A stretch of DNA of 64,000 nt from Eledone cirrhosa (taxonomy: Eukaryota): assembly GCA_964016885.1 (NCBI GenBank), contig OZ024749.1:12462001-12526000 (forward strand), read 5' to 3'. This document shows, piece after piece, positions 1 to 12,090 of this stretch. Under the pieces are notes generated by a model. It was not told the DNA's origin, searched no databases, and saw only the letters and a program-made list of their open reading frames with translations. A program made the translations under genes and the position numbers. Numbering within the stretch: the stretch's first letter is position 1; every line of letters begins with the position of its first letter.

Positions 1-1056
1 CACCAATAGATGAGTGACATTGTAACTGCACCAATAGATGAGTGGCGTTGTAACTACACCAATAGATGAGTGACATTGTAACTACACCAATAGATGAGTG
101 ACATTATAACTACACCAATAGATGAGTGGCATTGTAACTACACCAATAGATGAGTGACATTGTAACTACACCAATAGATGAGTGACATTGTAACTACACC
201 AATAGATGAGTGGCATTGTAACTACACCTATAGATGAGTGGCATTGTAACTACACCAATAGATGAGTGATATTGTAACTACACCAATAGATGAGTGACAT
301 TGTAACTACACCAATAGATGAGTGACATTGTAACTACACCAATAGATGAGTGACGTTGTAACTACACCAATAGATGAGTGACATTGTAACTACACCAATA
401 GATGAGTGACGTTGTAACTACACCAATAGATGAGTGACATTGTAACTACACCAATAGATGAGTGGCGTTGTAACTACACCAATAGATGAGTGACGTTGTA
501 ACTACACCAATAGATGAGTGACATTGTAACTACACCAATAGATGAGTGGCATTGTAACTACACCTATAGATGAGTGGCATTGTAACTACACCAATAGATG
601 AGTGGCATTGTAACTACACCAATAGATGAGTGGCATTGTAACTACACCTATAGATGAGTGGCATTGTAACTACACCTATAGATGAGTGGCATTGTAACTA
701 CACCAATAGATGAGTGACATTGTAACTACACCAATAGATGAGTGGCGTTGTAACTACACCAATAGATGAGTGGCATTGTAACTACACCAATAGATGAGTG
801 GCATTGTAACTACACCAATAGATGAGTGGCATTGTAACTACACCAATAGATGAGTGACATTGTAACTACACCAATAGATGAGTGACATTGTAACTACACC
901 AATAGATGAGTGGCATTGTAACTACACCAATAGATGAGTGACATTGTAACTACACCTATAGATGAGTGACATTGTAACTACACCAATAGATGAGTGACAT
1001 TGTAACTACACCAATAGATGAGTGGTGTTGTAACTACACCAATAGATGAGCGGCGT
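1..1056. repeat. Minisatellite, 28-bp unit CACCAATAGATGAGTG(A/G)C(A/G)TTGTAACTA, about 37 head-to-tail copies, truncated by the window start
   Basis: Directly visible tandem periodicity with no unique spacers. Confidence 0.98.
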
Positions 1057-1121
1057 TTTTGTGACATGATGAAATCAATTTTCTTGGAAAATATTGTGAA
1101 AAAAAACAACAAACAATACAA

Positions 1122-1457
1122 ATCATCATCATCATCATTTTACGCCCACTTTTCCCTGCTTGCAAGGGTGAGACAGGAACTGATTCTGGCTTGATTTCTA
1201 CAGCTGGATGCCCTTCCTAACACCAACCCCATTTACAGTGAGTGCTGGGTGCTTTTTTTGCCGTGGCACCTCCACAACCACTTTGCAGTGGAATGATAGG
1301 GATCCCAGTCCCTATCATCTCATTTCTACAGCTGAGTAAACTGGAGCAAAGTGAAATAAAGTGTCTTGCTCAAGGAAACAACACATTACCCGGTCTGAGA
1401 ATTGAACTCTCAACATTTTGATTGCAAGCCCAATGCTCTAACCACTAAGCCATGTGC
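1122..1457 (-). mobile_element. tRNA-derived SINE family A, near full length
   Basis: Reverse complement gives a tRNA-like head (GCTTAGTGGTTAGAGCA...GAGTTCAATTCTC), a CCTTGAGCAAGACACTT core and a (GAT)n tail. Near-identical to copies at 2960, 8093, 28794 and 38030. Confidence 0.9.
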
Positions 1458-1706
1458 AAAAAAAATAGAAATAAATGCAAATCGCAGCCTCAGAGAATAG
1501 GTTGACACTCTGTCATCTGAATTAGGTCAATTATAATATGACACTCCTCAAAAAAGCTAAATTCATATACACCATAGTTTAATTTCAAATAGTATCAATT
1601 TTTTCTGTGTTCTGTAAAATAGGTTTGTGTTGTAGTTAGTATCACTTAACTTTCAATGACTGGTATAACGACAAACCTACTGATACTTTGATCTATTGTT
1701 GGACAC

Positions 1707-2613
1707 CACACACATACATACATACATACATACATACATACACAAAAACTTCATTGGCACAATTAGAGATGCTGGCTGAGAAACAAGGAACTCGCAGATC
1801 TCCTTCTCTGTCTTTATATGTGTGTGTGTATGTATGCGTGTGTAAACCAGCATTCGTTGCCACTCTCTCTCTCTCTGCATTCTAACACTTCTCTGTATCT
1901 CTCTCTCTCTCTGCCTATCCTATCCCTCTGTGTCTCTCTCTCTTTAGATGTCTGTGTGTCTATGTACATGTGTGTGTGTATAATTATCATGGGATTAAAC
2001 CAACCAATCAATGAACACCTCGTTTATATTATATATAGATAACTACATATTATATATAACTATATATAATATATAACTATATAACTATATATAATATATA
2101 ACTACATATTATATATAACTACATATTATATATAACTATATAACTATATATAATATATAACTATATATAATATATAACTATATATAATATATAACTATAT
2201 ATAACTATATATAATATATGACTATATATAATATATAACTATGTGTAATATATAACTATGTGTAATATATAACTATGTGTAATATATAACTATGTGTAAT
2301 ATATAACTATGTGCAATATATAACTATATGCAATATATAACTATATGCAATATATAACTATATGCAATATATAACTATATGCAATATATAACTATATGCA
2401 ATATATAACTATGTGTAATATATAACTATGTGTAATATATAACTATGTGTAATATATAACTACATGTTATATATAACTACATGTTATATATAACTACATG
2501 TTATATATAACTACATGTTATATATAACTATATGTAATATATAACTATATGTAATATATAACTATATGTAATATATAACTATATGTAATATATAACTATA
2601 TATAATATATAAC
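1707..2613. repeat. Compound microsatellite (TACA/TC/TG) followed by an AT-rich 15-17 bp minisatellite (TATAACTATATGTAATA-like)
   Basis: Directly visible; explains the spurious ORFs at 1677-2042. Confidence 0.95.
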
Positions 2614-2863
2614 TGAAAATAGAGAAATTAATCCAAGCAATATGCCAACAATAATTCAGGCATATAAGTGACTATTACATCAAGATGAAAAAATGTTTAA
2701 TGTAAGATGAGGGAAAAGTAATACAATCTTAATTTAAAACAAATCAAGAAGAGAAACTTTATCCTCAGACTTTCTGTAAGTTGGGGAAAAAGCAGTACAA
2801 TCTTAACTCAAAATAAAATCAAGAAGAAATACTTAACCGTCAATTTGGGGAAAACTACAAATG

Positions 2864-2909
2864 CACTATATAGTCTTAAAAGACTATTTCACGAAACTTT
2901 TCAGTGGGG
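2864..2909 (-). ncRNA. Degenerate type-I hammerhead ribozyme-like motif
   Basis: Minus strand reads CCCCA-CTGAAAA-GTTTCGT-GAAA-TAGTCTT-TT-AAGACT-ATA-TAGTG. One core mismatch, long perfect stem III, poor stems I and II. Confidence 0.4.
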
Positions 2910-2959
2910 TTAGTCACGGTTGGGATCGATCTTATATATAACTATATATAATATATAAC

Positions 2960-3265
2960 TATTGGCCTTGCAATCGAAAGGTTGTGAGTTCAATTCTCAG
3001 ACCGGGTGATGTGTTGTTTCCTTGAGCAAGACACTTTATTTCACATTGCTCCAGTTTTCTCAGCTGTAGAAATGAGATGATAGGGACTGGGGTCCCTATC
3101 ATTCGACTGCAAAGTGGTCGTGGAGGTGCCACGGCAAAAAAGCACCCAGCACTCACTGTAAATGAGGTTGGTGTTAGGAAGGGCATCCAGCTGTAGAAAT
3201 CAAGCCAGAATCAGTTCCCGTCCCACCCTTGCAAGCAGGGAAAAAGCGGACGTAAAATGAAATGA
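2960..3265 (+). mobile_element. SINE family A, 5'-truncated
   Basis: Matches the other family A copies; ACTATATATAAT occurs on both flanks. Confidence 0.9.
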
Positions 3266-3729
3266 AAAGAACTATATATAATATTACTGATGTATTACTA
3301 AAATATTTTACTGATATTTTGATTATATTGGAAGTAAAGAACCACATAAGCATTACAAATATAGTAATGAAGGGGTTAAAACAACATTAGTTTGATAAAG
3401 ATGTGTCAGCCATCCATATCTGAAACACCAGGCTTTCAGCTGAGAAGAATTTGACTATCATTTCAAGCAGGAAAAGCAGGAAATATAAAGGTTTCCTTGT
3501 TGTTTTGTGGTTGTTATTTTGTAAGAAATAAGTTTTAAATTATTAAATCTTCAACTGTTGTCTTTTTATTAAGATTTCTGGAATTTCATATTTAATTCTA
3601 ACATAGTCTGTTATACCCAAATGGAACTAACTGGTGAAATACTGTGATTTATCAGTAAATTGTATTTTCCATTCTGTGGCATTCAAGATATTTAGAGGAA
3701 CTGAACTCTTCATTACTAAGTTTTTATTA

Positions 3730-3850
3730 TTGCTGGTGCTTTGTCTTATTGAAGTATCAAGTGATCCTCATCAGAGTGCTTGGCTATTCCATCACCTTAG
3801 CCTCACTATCACCCACAGTAATACCATGAAATATTTAGAAGGCAACACCA
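3730..3850 (+). mobile_element. Short CRE-clade non-LTR retrotransposon 3'-end relic
   Basis: EVSSDPHQSAWLFHHLSLTITHSNTMKYL resembles the CRE C-terminal 'DPR...WLFQRISLAIQRGNAASIL' motif also seen at 11603-12090. Confidence 0.5.
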
Positions 3851-4173
3851 GTGTGTGCATGTCTTCTTTTTCTTCATTCTAACTCTTTTTTATTGATTTA
3901 TTTCTTTTATAAATTTTTCAAACAAAAATAAAATTTTACTCATGTATAATTAAATTGATTTTCCCCCAAACATTTAAAATATTAACTCACTTCCTGCATC
4001 TCATATGCATTTATAATTACAACACATTTACATATAATCTCTGAAGTGACCGCTACAAAACATCACGTGGTTTTACGGTCAAAACAGAAAGGTAGTGAAG
4101 GATAGACTGAGTAATAGCGTTGCTCAAAGAAGCAGTCAATTGCAGCTTGATGTTTACTCAACCTTACAGGAGT

Positions 4174-4205
<32 letters not shown>

Positions 4206-4589
4206 TATATGTATATCCTCCAAGCAGGGAAAAAGCGGACGTAAAATGAAATGAATGAAATGAAATGATACAATATGTTGAAATGGTAACACACTAGAGA
4301 GAGATAGTGCGCCATATATATATACATATCATCATCATCACCGTTTAATGTCGTCCATTTTTCAATGCTGGCATGGGTTAGATGAGTTATCCTGTTGTAA
4401 GCAATGCTAGGTCAGGTGGCCATGTCTTGCTCATACAGAACTGATTTTGGCTTGGTTTATATGGCTAGATGCTCTTCCTAGTACTGTGTGCTTTTTGCCA
4501 TGACTCCTACCTGACCACTTTACAGTGTAGGCTGGATGTATGTATGAGTGGGTGGGGTGGGTGGTACATGTTATACATATGCTTCATCT

Positions 4590-4765
4590 TTAGCCTGTGT
4601 CCATGTGAATTTGGGTCTTCTGTATTTCTGTGTAAGTCTTCCTGGGTCTCCACACTCCCCAGCTTCCATCAACTTTGAACATTCTGCACCTTTTTATACA
4701 ACTGCTATCCTTCATATGCATCACATGTCCATACCAGATCGTAATCCTTTGCATTTCCCGATTCT
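4590..4765 (-). mobile_element. RTE-clade LINE 3' fragment
   Basis: WYGHVMHMKDSSCIKRCRMFKVDGSWGVWRPRKT matches the RTE C-terminal 'W.GHV.R...GRPRK' motif; similar pieces lie near 51800-51910 and 61140-61240. Confidence 0.7.
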
Positions 4766-4903
4766 GACACATAGCCTTTCTACTTCAGTCAATATTTTCC
4801 AAATCTTTCAAACTTTAATATTGTCTATAACACACACACTTTATTCTTCTTTGATATTGGCTATAACATTTTATTCTATATTATTTATTTATTTTTTAAA
4901 AAT

Positions 4904-5141
4904 AAAAAAAAAATAATTGTTTCTACTTTAGGCACAAGGCCAGCAATTACCCAGTGCATTACTAGTACTTTATTTTATCGACCCCGTAAGGATGAAAGGC
5001 AAAGTCAACCTCGGCTGAGTTCAAATCCCGCCGAGGTTGACTTTGCCTTTCATCCTTACGGGGTCGATAAAATAAAGTACTAGTAATGCACTGGGTAATT
5101 GCTGGCCTTGTGCCTAAAGTAGAAACAATTATTTTTTTTTT
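4904..5141. repeat. Perfect inverted repeat of two SINE family B 3' halves (112-bp arms, 14-nt loop)
   Basis: 4904-5015 is the exact reverse complement of 5030-5141; the loop is TGAGTTCAAATCCC. Confidence 0.95.
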
Positions 5142-5729
5142 TTTTTGTACTTCTTCATTTTATTGTATCTTATCTATTTTATTATTTTTTTATTTTATTT
5201 CATTTCATTTTTTTTATATTTTATTTCTTCATTTTACTTTGTCTTATTTTGTTATCTGTTTGGCACCCCCCTCCCCCACTGAAAGGGTGGTAGGATTGAT
5301 GCCAACCCACACACACTCATTCTTCTAAAGACAGCAGCAGTAGAATTAAGGCTGACTTGCCAGCTGACCCCCTAACACCAATAAACACAAGGGAGGAGGT
5401 CAGCAATAGAATTAAGGCTGACTTACCAGCTAACCCCCTAACACCAATAAACACAAGGGAGGAGGTCAGCCGTACATAACAAAAACAACCACAACAGATT
5501 GCCTTGCTTCAGAAAAAAGATTTCTATAGACTTTTGACTGAGGAATGTTCTCACAACTGACCAATGGGAGGAGAGAGTGTCCTATGATGCCGAAATTTGT
5601 TTGTTCGAATTCATATGATTCCAGTTCCTCAGAGAAATAACAACCCAACCAGGAGCTGGACATATCGGAGTATTGACGGAGTAAAACACTTTAACAACAT
5701 GTGTACCTGTCTCTACCACACCAATTCGG

Positions 5730-5784
5730 ACTGCCTGAAGAGGTCACAGCCAATGATGGCTGTCACCGAAATATATATAGCAGT
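5730..5784 (+). ncRNA. Type-I hammerhead ribozyme with intact core and minimal palindromic stem III, in a Penelope pLTR-like or retrozyme-like relic (about 5330-5830)
   Basis: ACTGC-CTGAAGA-GGT(C)ACAGCCA-ATGA-TGGCTGT(C)ACC-GAAA-T-ATAT-ATA-GCAGT. Stem I 5 bp, stem II 10 bp with a G-C closing pair, AUA cleavage triplet. Confidence 0.8.
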
Positions 5785-5848
5785 ATATCTTTAATAAATG
5801 AAGCCAAATTTTAAATATTTGACTTAATTACTTTATTTTATTTTATTT

Positions 5849-5911
<63 letters not shown>

Positions 5912-7209
5912 CATACATATACATATATAGCATTTCTATAGTTTACTTCAAAAATGTTTAAAACTTATTTTCCAATTTGTCAATTCTTTATATTTAGTTT
6001 AGTATTTATTGGAAAGTATTTGCTTCTGTTCAGCTCCATGTGGAATTCACTAACTTGATTTTCTTACAAGTGTTTCATCAAGATGATGCTGATAAAATTC
6101 AAGCTGAAAGAGATAACCTTTCACCTGTTACTCAGCTTATACAACCATATCACTTTATAGAGAATTTGAAGAATGGAGGCTCCAAAATAAGGTGTCTTAT
6201 CTCTATTACATAGAAAACTATCTGAGAATTTCTAAATCACTCAGAGTAATTTTATTCACTGTTATAATAGATGTAGAACTAAAAAATAAATTTGAACTTG
6301 AAATTTATGAAATTGAAATTTTTGCAGTGAGATAATACATCATTTTTAATTTGTATTTTCTGTTCTATAATGGGTTCAGGTATGACTGGGTGGTTCAGAA
6401 GTTGATTTCATAACCATATGGTTCTGGGTTTGATACAACTTTCTGGCACAATGGGTAAGTGCCATTGCCTAAGATTGACCAATAATTTCTGAAGGGAATT
6501 TGGTTGACAGAAGCTGTGTGGAAGCCTGCCATGTGTGATTGCTTCATTAATAAAGGATGTACACCAATACAGGATGTACAACTAGTGCTCTTCAAGTGAG
6601 TCCCCTACTAAATTTGTTTTGTACTAAGTTATAGATACACAGCAGGTGGCAAATTGACAGTTGTTAGAATGTCAGATAAAATGGTTTGTGCTATTCATTT
6701 TGATTTTCTGTGCTCTCTTAGTTCAAAACCTGCTTAGGTCAGCTTTGCTTTTTAACATTTTGGGCTTAATTCTTCCTCTATCTCTCTCTCCCTCCCCCTC
6801 CTCTGTTCAGAAAGGGGATGGGCTGTACTAATTTTAAAGTGCCTAAAACATACCATATGGCACAACAGCACCACTTTCACTCCATCAAAAGCTTTGTGTC
6901 TGTACATACATAGACACACCATTATCACCTTCACAACCAGAAATGCAATGAACGAGCGATTGGTTCATTGGAAACCTGCAACCAACGATGTTATTCTTCA
7001 TTAATTGTAATATAAATACATAAATAGCCACTATAACTTTATGATCCAGGGCAGGGGTAGCAAATGGTTTTGGGGGTGCTGTAGATTGGGAGGAATCTTT
7101 TATGTCATGTGGACCAAGGCAAATAAAAAAAATGAAATCATGATCACAAAAGATTATGGAAAGAACTTTTAATTGCTTTCATATTTTTCATCATAAGTAT
7201 ATATATACA

Positions 7210-8092
7210 CAGGGTGCGGACGATATTTGTTTGCAAGATTACTGTCTAGGAAAAAGTAACACAGTAGTTTTATTTTTTAAGATATATTTATCAAACTTGG
7301 GTCAGTTTGACTTGTTCTTTCGATCTCACTCGCTAAACCCACCATTGGCTATGATGACGACCTCAAGGCGGCCTCGGAACCGGCTACAGGCCTTCGTCAC
7401 TGTCCCCTGACTTAGGCCCCTAAAGGCACTTGTGATCCTGGCCTTCAGATCGTCTTTCGTATTGCAGCTAGATCTGTTGGTGTCTCGTTCCACTGCGTCC
7501 CACACAAAGAAGTCGAGGGGGTTGCAGTCAGGCGAGCTGGGAGGCCAGATGTCAGGTGAAGTGTGGTCGATGAAGTTCTCTGACAGCCAGGCTTGGGTCT
7601 TTCGGCTGGTATGGCAGGGCGCTGAGTCTTGCTGCCACGTGTACGGCCTACCTGCAGCTACCTGGTTGATCCAGGGCTTTACTACATCGCTCAGAACGCG
7701 GATGTAGCCATCGGTGTTCAGCTTGAGGCTCTCAGGGAAGAAGTGAGGGGACATGACGTCACCTTGACTGCTGACGACACCTAAGACCAATGTTGTCACT
7801 GGAAACTTTGTCTGCATGACTCTGGGCACGTCTTTGGATGAGACACCATTCTCCTGCTGATGCTGAGAAAGTCTGAAATTTCCTTATTTGTCCTCCTGGC
7901 AGGATTCCAAGAAGAACTCCGTGTCTCTTCCACAAATTTGGAGGTTCAAAATTATTCATAATCAATTATTCTGAAAATAAATAATGGAAATATAGTCACT
8001 GTTTTTATGAAGACAAGAGTGACAACGGAAGTAAAAAAAATTTGCATAAAATTAACAGTTGAAAATTGCGAACAAATATCATGCTCACCCTG
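7210..8092 (-). mobile_element. Internally deleted Tc1/mariner-superfamily DD37D (maT-type) transposon
   Basis: About 27-bp imperfect TIRs: CAGGGTGCGGACGATATTTGTTTGCAA at 7210, and the reverse complement of CAGGGTGAGCATGATATTTGTTCGCAA ending at 8092. ORF 7326-7829 has QQDSAPCH...WPPSSPDCNPLD with 37 residues between the second and third Asp. The N-terminal half of the transposase is missing. Confidence 0.92.
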
Positions 8093-8419
8093 GCTTAGTG
8101 GTTAGAACATTGGCCTTGCAATCGAAAGGTTGTGAGTTCAATTTTCAGACCGGGTGATGTGTTGTTTCCTTGAGCAAGACATTTTATTTCACATTGCTCC
8201 AGTTTACTCAGCTGTAGAAATGAGATGATAGGGACTCGGGTCCCTATCATTCCACTGTAAAGTGGTCATGGAGGTGCCACGGCAAAAAAAGCACCCAGCA
8301 CTCACTGTATGGGGTTGGTGTTAGGAAGAGCATCCAGCTGTAGAAATCAAGCCGGAATCAGTTCCCGTCCCACCCTTGCAAGCAGGGAAAAGCGGACGTA
8401 AAATGATGATGATGATGAT
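8093..8419 (+). mobile_element. SINE family A abutting the DD37D TIR
   Basis: Family A sequence with a (GAT)n tail. Confidence 0.9.
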
Positions 8420-8427
8420 AAATTCCC

Positions 8428-8790
8428 CTGGTGCTGGTGCCACAATAAAATTCATCCAGTTCATTTTGTACAGTGATTGTGCTACTACTACAGTAAAATG
8501 CACCCAGAATGCTCTATAAAGTGGTTGTGTTGGTGTCACAATAAAATACATCCAATCTTCTCCGTAAAGTGGTAGTGTTGGTACCATAATAAAATACACC
8601 CAGTACACTCTGTAAAGTGGTAGTGTTAGTGTCATGATAAAATACACCCAGTACACTCTGTAAAGTGGTAGTGTTAGTGTCATGATAAAATACATCCAGT
8701 ACACTCTGTAAAGTGGTAGTGGTAGTGTCATGATAAAATACACCCAGTATACTCTGTAAAGTGGTAGTGTCATGATAAAATACACCCTGT
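8428..8790 (+). repeat. 48-bp minisatellite derived from a SINE internal segment (about 7 units)
   Basis: Unit AAAATACACCCAGTACACTCTGTAAAGTGGTAGTGTTAGTGTCATGAT; 16-aa periodic pseudo-ORF; runs into the SINE-type TTAGGAAGGGCATCC tail. Confidence 0.9.
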
Positions 8791-8904
8791 TAATTGGTTG
8801 TCATTAGGAAGGGCATCCAAACATACCAAAATGAAACATGGTTGTCTGACATGTCATAGTATCAGAATGTGTTAATCCATCCAAACCATATGTACTAGAG
8901 GCAC

Positions 8905-9550
8905 TTTATCATGGTACCAACACTACCACATTACAGAGTGTACTGGGTGTATTTTATCATGGGTACAACACTACCACTTTACAGAGTGTACTGGGTGTAT
9001 TTTACTGTGTCACCAACACTACCACTTTACAGAGTGTACCGGGTGTATTTTATCATGGTACCAATACTACCACTATACAGAGTGTACTGGGTGTATTGTA
9101 TCATGGCCCCGACACTACCACTTTACAGAGTGCACTGGGTGTATTTTATCATGGTACCAATACTTCCACTATACAGAGTGTACTGGGTGTATTTTATCAT
9201 GGTACCAATACTACCACTATACAGAGTGTACTGGGTGTATTTTATCATGACACCGACACTACCACTTTACAGAGTGTACTGAGTGTATTTTATCATGGTA
9301 CCAATACTACCACTATACAGAGTGTACTGGGTGTATTTTATCATGATACCGACACTACCACTATACAGAGTGTACTGGGTGTATTTTATCATGATACCGA
9401 CACTACCACTTTACAGAGTGCACTAAGAGTATTGAGTGTATTTTATCATGACACCGACTACCACTTTACAGAGTGTATTAGATGCACTTTATCAGACACC
9501 AACACTACCACTTTACAGAGTGTACTGGGTGTATTTTATCATGACAGCAA
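8905..9550 (-). repeat. Same 48-bp minisatellite in inverted orientation (about 13 units)
   Basis: Reverse complement of the 8428-8790 unit. Confidence 0.92.
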
Positions 9551-9759
9551 CATTAGAGAGATTGTAACATTTACAGCGAGACTGAAGAAAACCTTATATT
9601 GTCTGTGTTTAATCACCAACAATATACTGGGGGCATACTACCATAGCATGGACATTGTGACAGTGTGAACAAGCCCTCGGTCCTCTACATACATTCCATA
9701 TAGTCTCCAATCTATCTCTATATTCACTTCTCTCTTTTTACGTCATATTTGATAGTGTG

Positions 9760-11500
9760 CCCCCTCGCCTCTTAGAAATAGCTTGTGTAAAATGCTGAAA
9801 CATCTTTGAACAAAGGATTTTAAAGGATTCTGTTCTGTATCTAAGAAGAATTTACAAAAAGTCAGTCAAGCTTTCTCCTTTGTACTTGTTTTTTATCATG
9901 TCTTTTGACTACGGATCAATACCTTTCAATTAAAGATCTGAAGAAAATTCCCCAATAAAGAAGTCATTTATCGAAGTCTGAAAATCATTGAAACTGCAAC
10001 TTTTGACTATCGAGATTGGAACAGATTTAAATAGAATTGCAGCATTTGCTTCTTTTTTTTTTATCTCTTTTTTACCCCCCATGACTGAAGTTCTTATTAC
10101 CTGGGTAGGAAAGGGTTAGCAGGAGAAAATGGTTGGAATTATTTATAATTACTTGGCTAGGAAAAACTTTCACTGCAGGGTGCATGCGATATATAAGATT
10201 GGAATTACCTTGTAATCTTACATTAAATGCATCATTCAGTCAGCTAAAAATGTCATTTTCTACTACCATTCACCACAAGTAGTGGCTCAGCACATTTTTT
10301 TCTTCTTTTATTCAAAAAATGTCAATACAACATCTAAAGTTTAAAAAATAATCTGAGATAATTTTATTGCTATTTACAGCAGTGTTGTACAGTAAACTAT
10401 TATATTTAGCTTCTATCTTTTTCAAAATTGTTTGCAACTGGTAATGAAAGAGTGCAGCTTGTGATTGAATAGAATTCACTGTTGATACACAAGTGGTTCT
10501 ATCACAAGACAGATCTGTTTTCTGTAAAGTGCCTGTTATTGAATAATTCAATGAAACATCATAGGCTTTGTATATCTTATAATGTCACAAGCTTTGTAGA
10601 CTTGTCCAATGAAAGTCCCACATTTTCCCACCATTATAATACACATTGATGATAATGATGAATTCTCCCTTGGTTTTCACAAGCATTCAGTTGTTTGATC
10701 AACTGAACATTAACATGTAAGTGGTTGGATATTCCACACATTCCTATAACATCATTCTCAAGCAGAATCAGTATGAGAGATGGTATTAGGAAGGTCATCC
10801 AGCCATAGAAACCAAACCAAAAAACAGTGTACAAGCAGAGCATAGTCACCTCACCTATCTAGCCTCAGAGCATGACAACGCATCTAACCCACGCAAGCAT
10901 AAGAAAATAGACATCAAACGTTGATGATGATGAACTAATCTGATGGGCTTCTTCACAGTTTCTGTCTACCAAATTTCACTCATAAAGCTTGGCCAAGATG
11001 CCCAGCAGTGGAACTGAACCCAGAATCTCATGAGTGTAAAGCAAACTTCTTAACCACTCAGCGATGCCTGCATCATAATAGACGTTAGAGATATCTACCC
11101 ATGAATCTACACTTTGTCAATGTTTTCTCCACCATTTCAGCTACATTTCTAGCAACTATTTTTATAGAAAGACAGAAAGAAATAATCTATTTTCTATACA
11201 CACTTCTTCAGTTGTTGCAACAATTAATTCACTGTCAGTAAATGGTTTTTCTTTTTTGACTAACAAATAAGCTACTCTCAAACTGGATTTAGTTGATGCT
11301 TCACAATTAACTTTAATCCTAGAAAAAAATATCTATTGAAGTAAAATTCTGTTTCAAGCCATCACATTTCCCATGAAGTAGCTTTCCTGTTACATGAGAA
11401 TAGTGAAATGCTTCGTATGATACTAATATCCATTATATTCCTTTACCATTGCTATAGATTCAAATTAGTCTGAAAAACAAATACAAAATATATATTACTT
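9760..11500 (-). mobile_element. Heavily decayed hAT transposase relic, SPIN/Buster/GTF2IRD2-like, interrupted by a SINE-like insert at about 10640-11080
   Basis: Minus-strand fragments in the expected order: ESIAMVKEYN..YHTKH (about 11460), EASTKSSLRVAYLLVKK and IVARNVAEMVENI (11120-11300), VSTVNSIQSQAALFHYQLQTILKKIEAKYNSLLYNTAV (10370-10490; compare 'VNFIR..ALNHRQF..LL.E....YGDLLYHTEVRW'), and SSDL.LKGID..SKDMIKNKYKGESLTDF (9860-9950). Confidence 0.7.
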
Positions 11501-11602
11501 CTAACATTTGTCCTACACACAGGTACACCAGGTCTGAACACAAAGTAACCAAACTTCTATTGTCATCACCTCTATCTCTCCTGCTTTCCCCATCTCTCAT
11601 TA

Positions 11603-12090
11603 TTATGAGCAAATGGGAGTATACATGCTGGCTGACAGAATAGAGAAGGTGTTTCCCTGGAGTATGATGAGGGAGATGTGCTGGAAGAGCCATTCCAGCT
11701 TGCAAGCCAGCTCTGTGCCGATGGTGGTGAGTAGGGAGGTAGCCCTACAGCCAAGGACACCAGAAGTCTCCACTGCTACGGGCTTGACTACAAGCCTGTC
11801 GGAGAGTGACCAATAATTTGAGAGTTTACCCTCCTCAGCCCGAAGTGCAGCAGAGCTTAGGTTAGTCGCAGATTGCACCAGGTTGCCACTAGAGAATGTG
11901 TTGCTGCATGTGGCATCCCAGATGAGGGGTTTCCCACTGCATAACAGGACGATGGTCATGCTGTCTTTTTTTTTTGCCGTCCCCTTGGTCCCGCCCCACC
12001 GGCTCGAACTGGGAGGGGAAGCCTGCAGCATCCAAGCCATGCTTTATGGCCTCTTTGAGAGCAGCATAGCGTGGAAGGCGGCCGGCACTG
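11603..12090 (-). mobile_element. CRE-clade non-LTR retrotransposon 3' fragment (restriction-like endonuclease region)
   Basis: HGLDAAGFPSQFEPVGRDQGDGK / GKPLIWDATCSNTF...KPVAVETSGVLG...WLFQHISLIILQGNTFSIL, typical of CRE RLE C-termini; frameshifted. Confidence 0.8.

Noticed and set aside
1-1056. CRISPR-like 28-bp repeat array
   Set aside because: Units are contiguous with no unique spacers, there are no cas genes, and the context is eukaryotic.
6071-6191. Possible upstream TMEM65 exon (open phase-1 frame FHQDDADKIQAERDNLSPVTQLIQ...)
   Set aside because: Weak acceptor (AAG) and donor (GTGTCT), an end phase that does not match the phase-1 exon at 28000, and no recognisable TMEM65 similarity.
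8321-9668. ORFs with the 16-aa repeat TLPLYRVYWVYFIM
   Set aside because: Translation of the 48-bp SINE-derived minisatellite on both strands.
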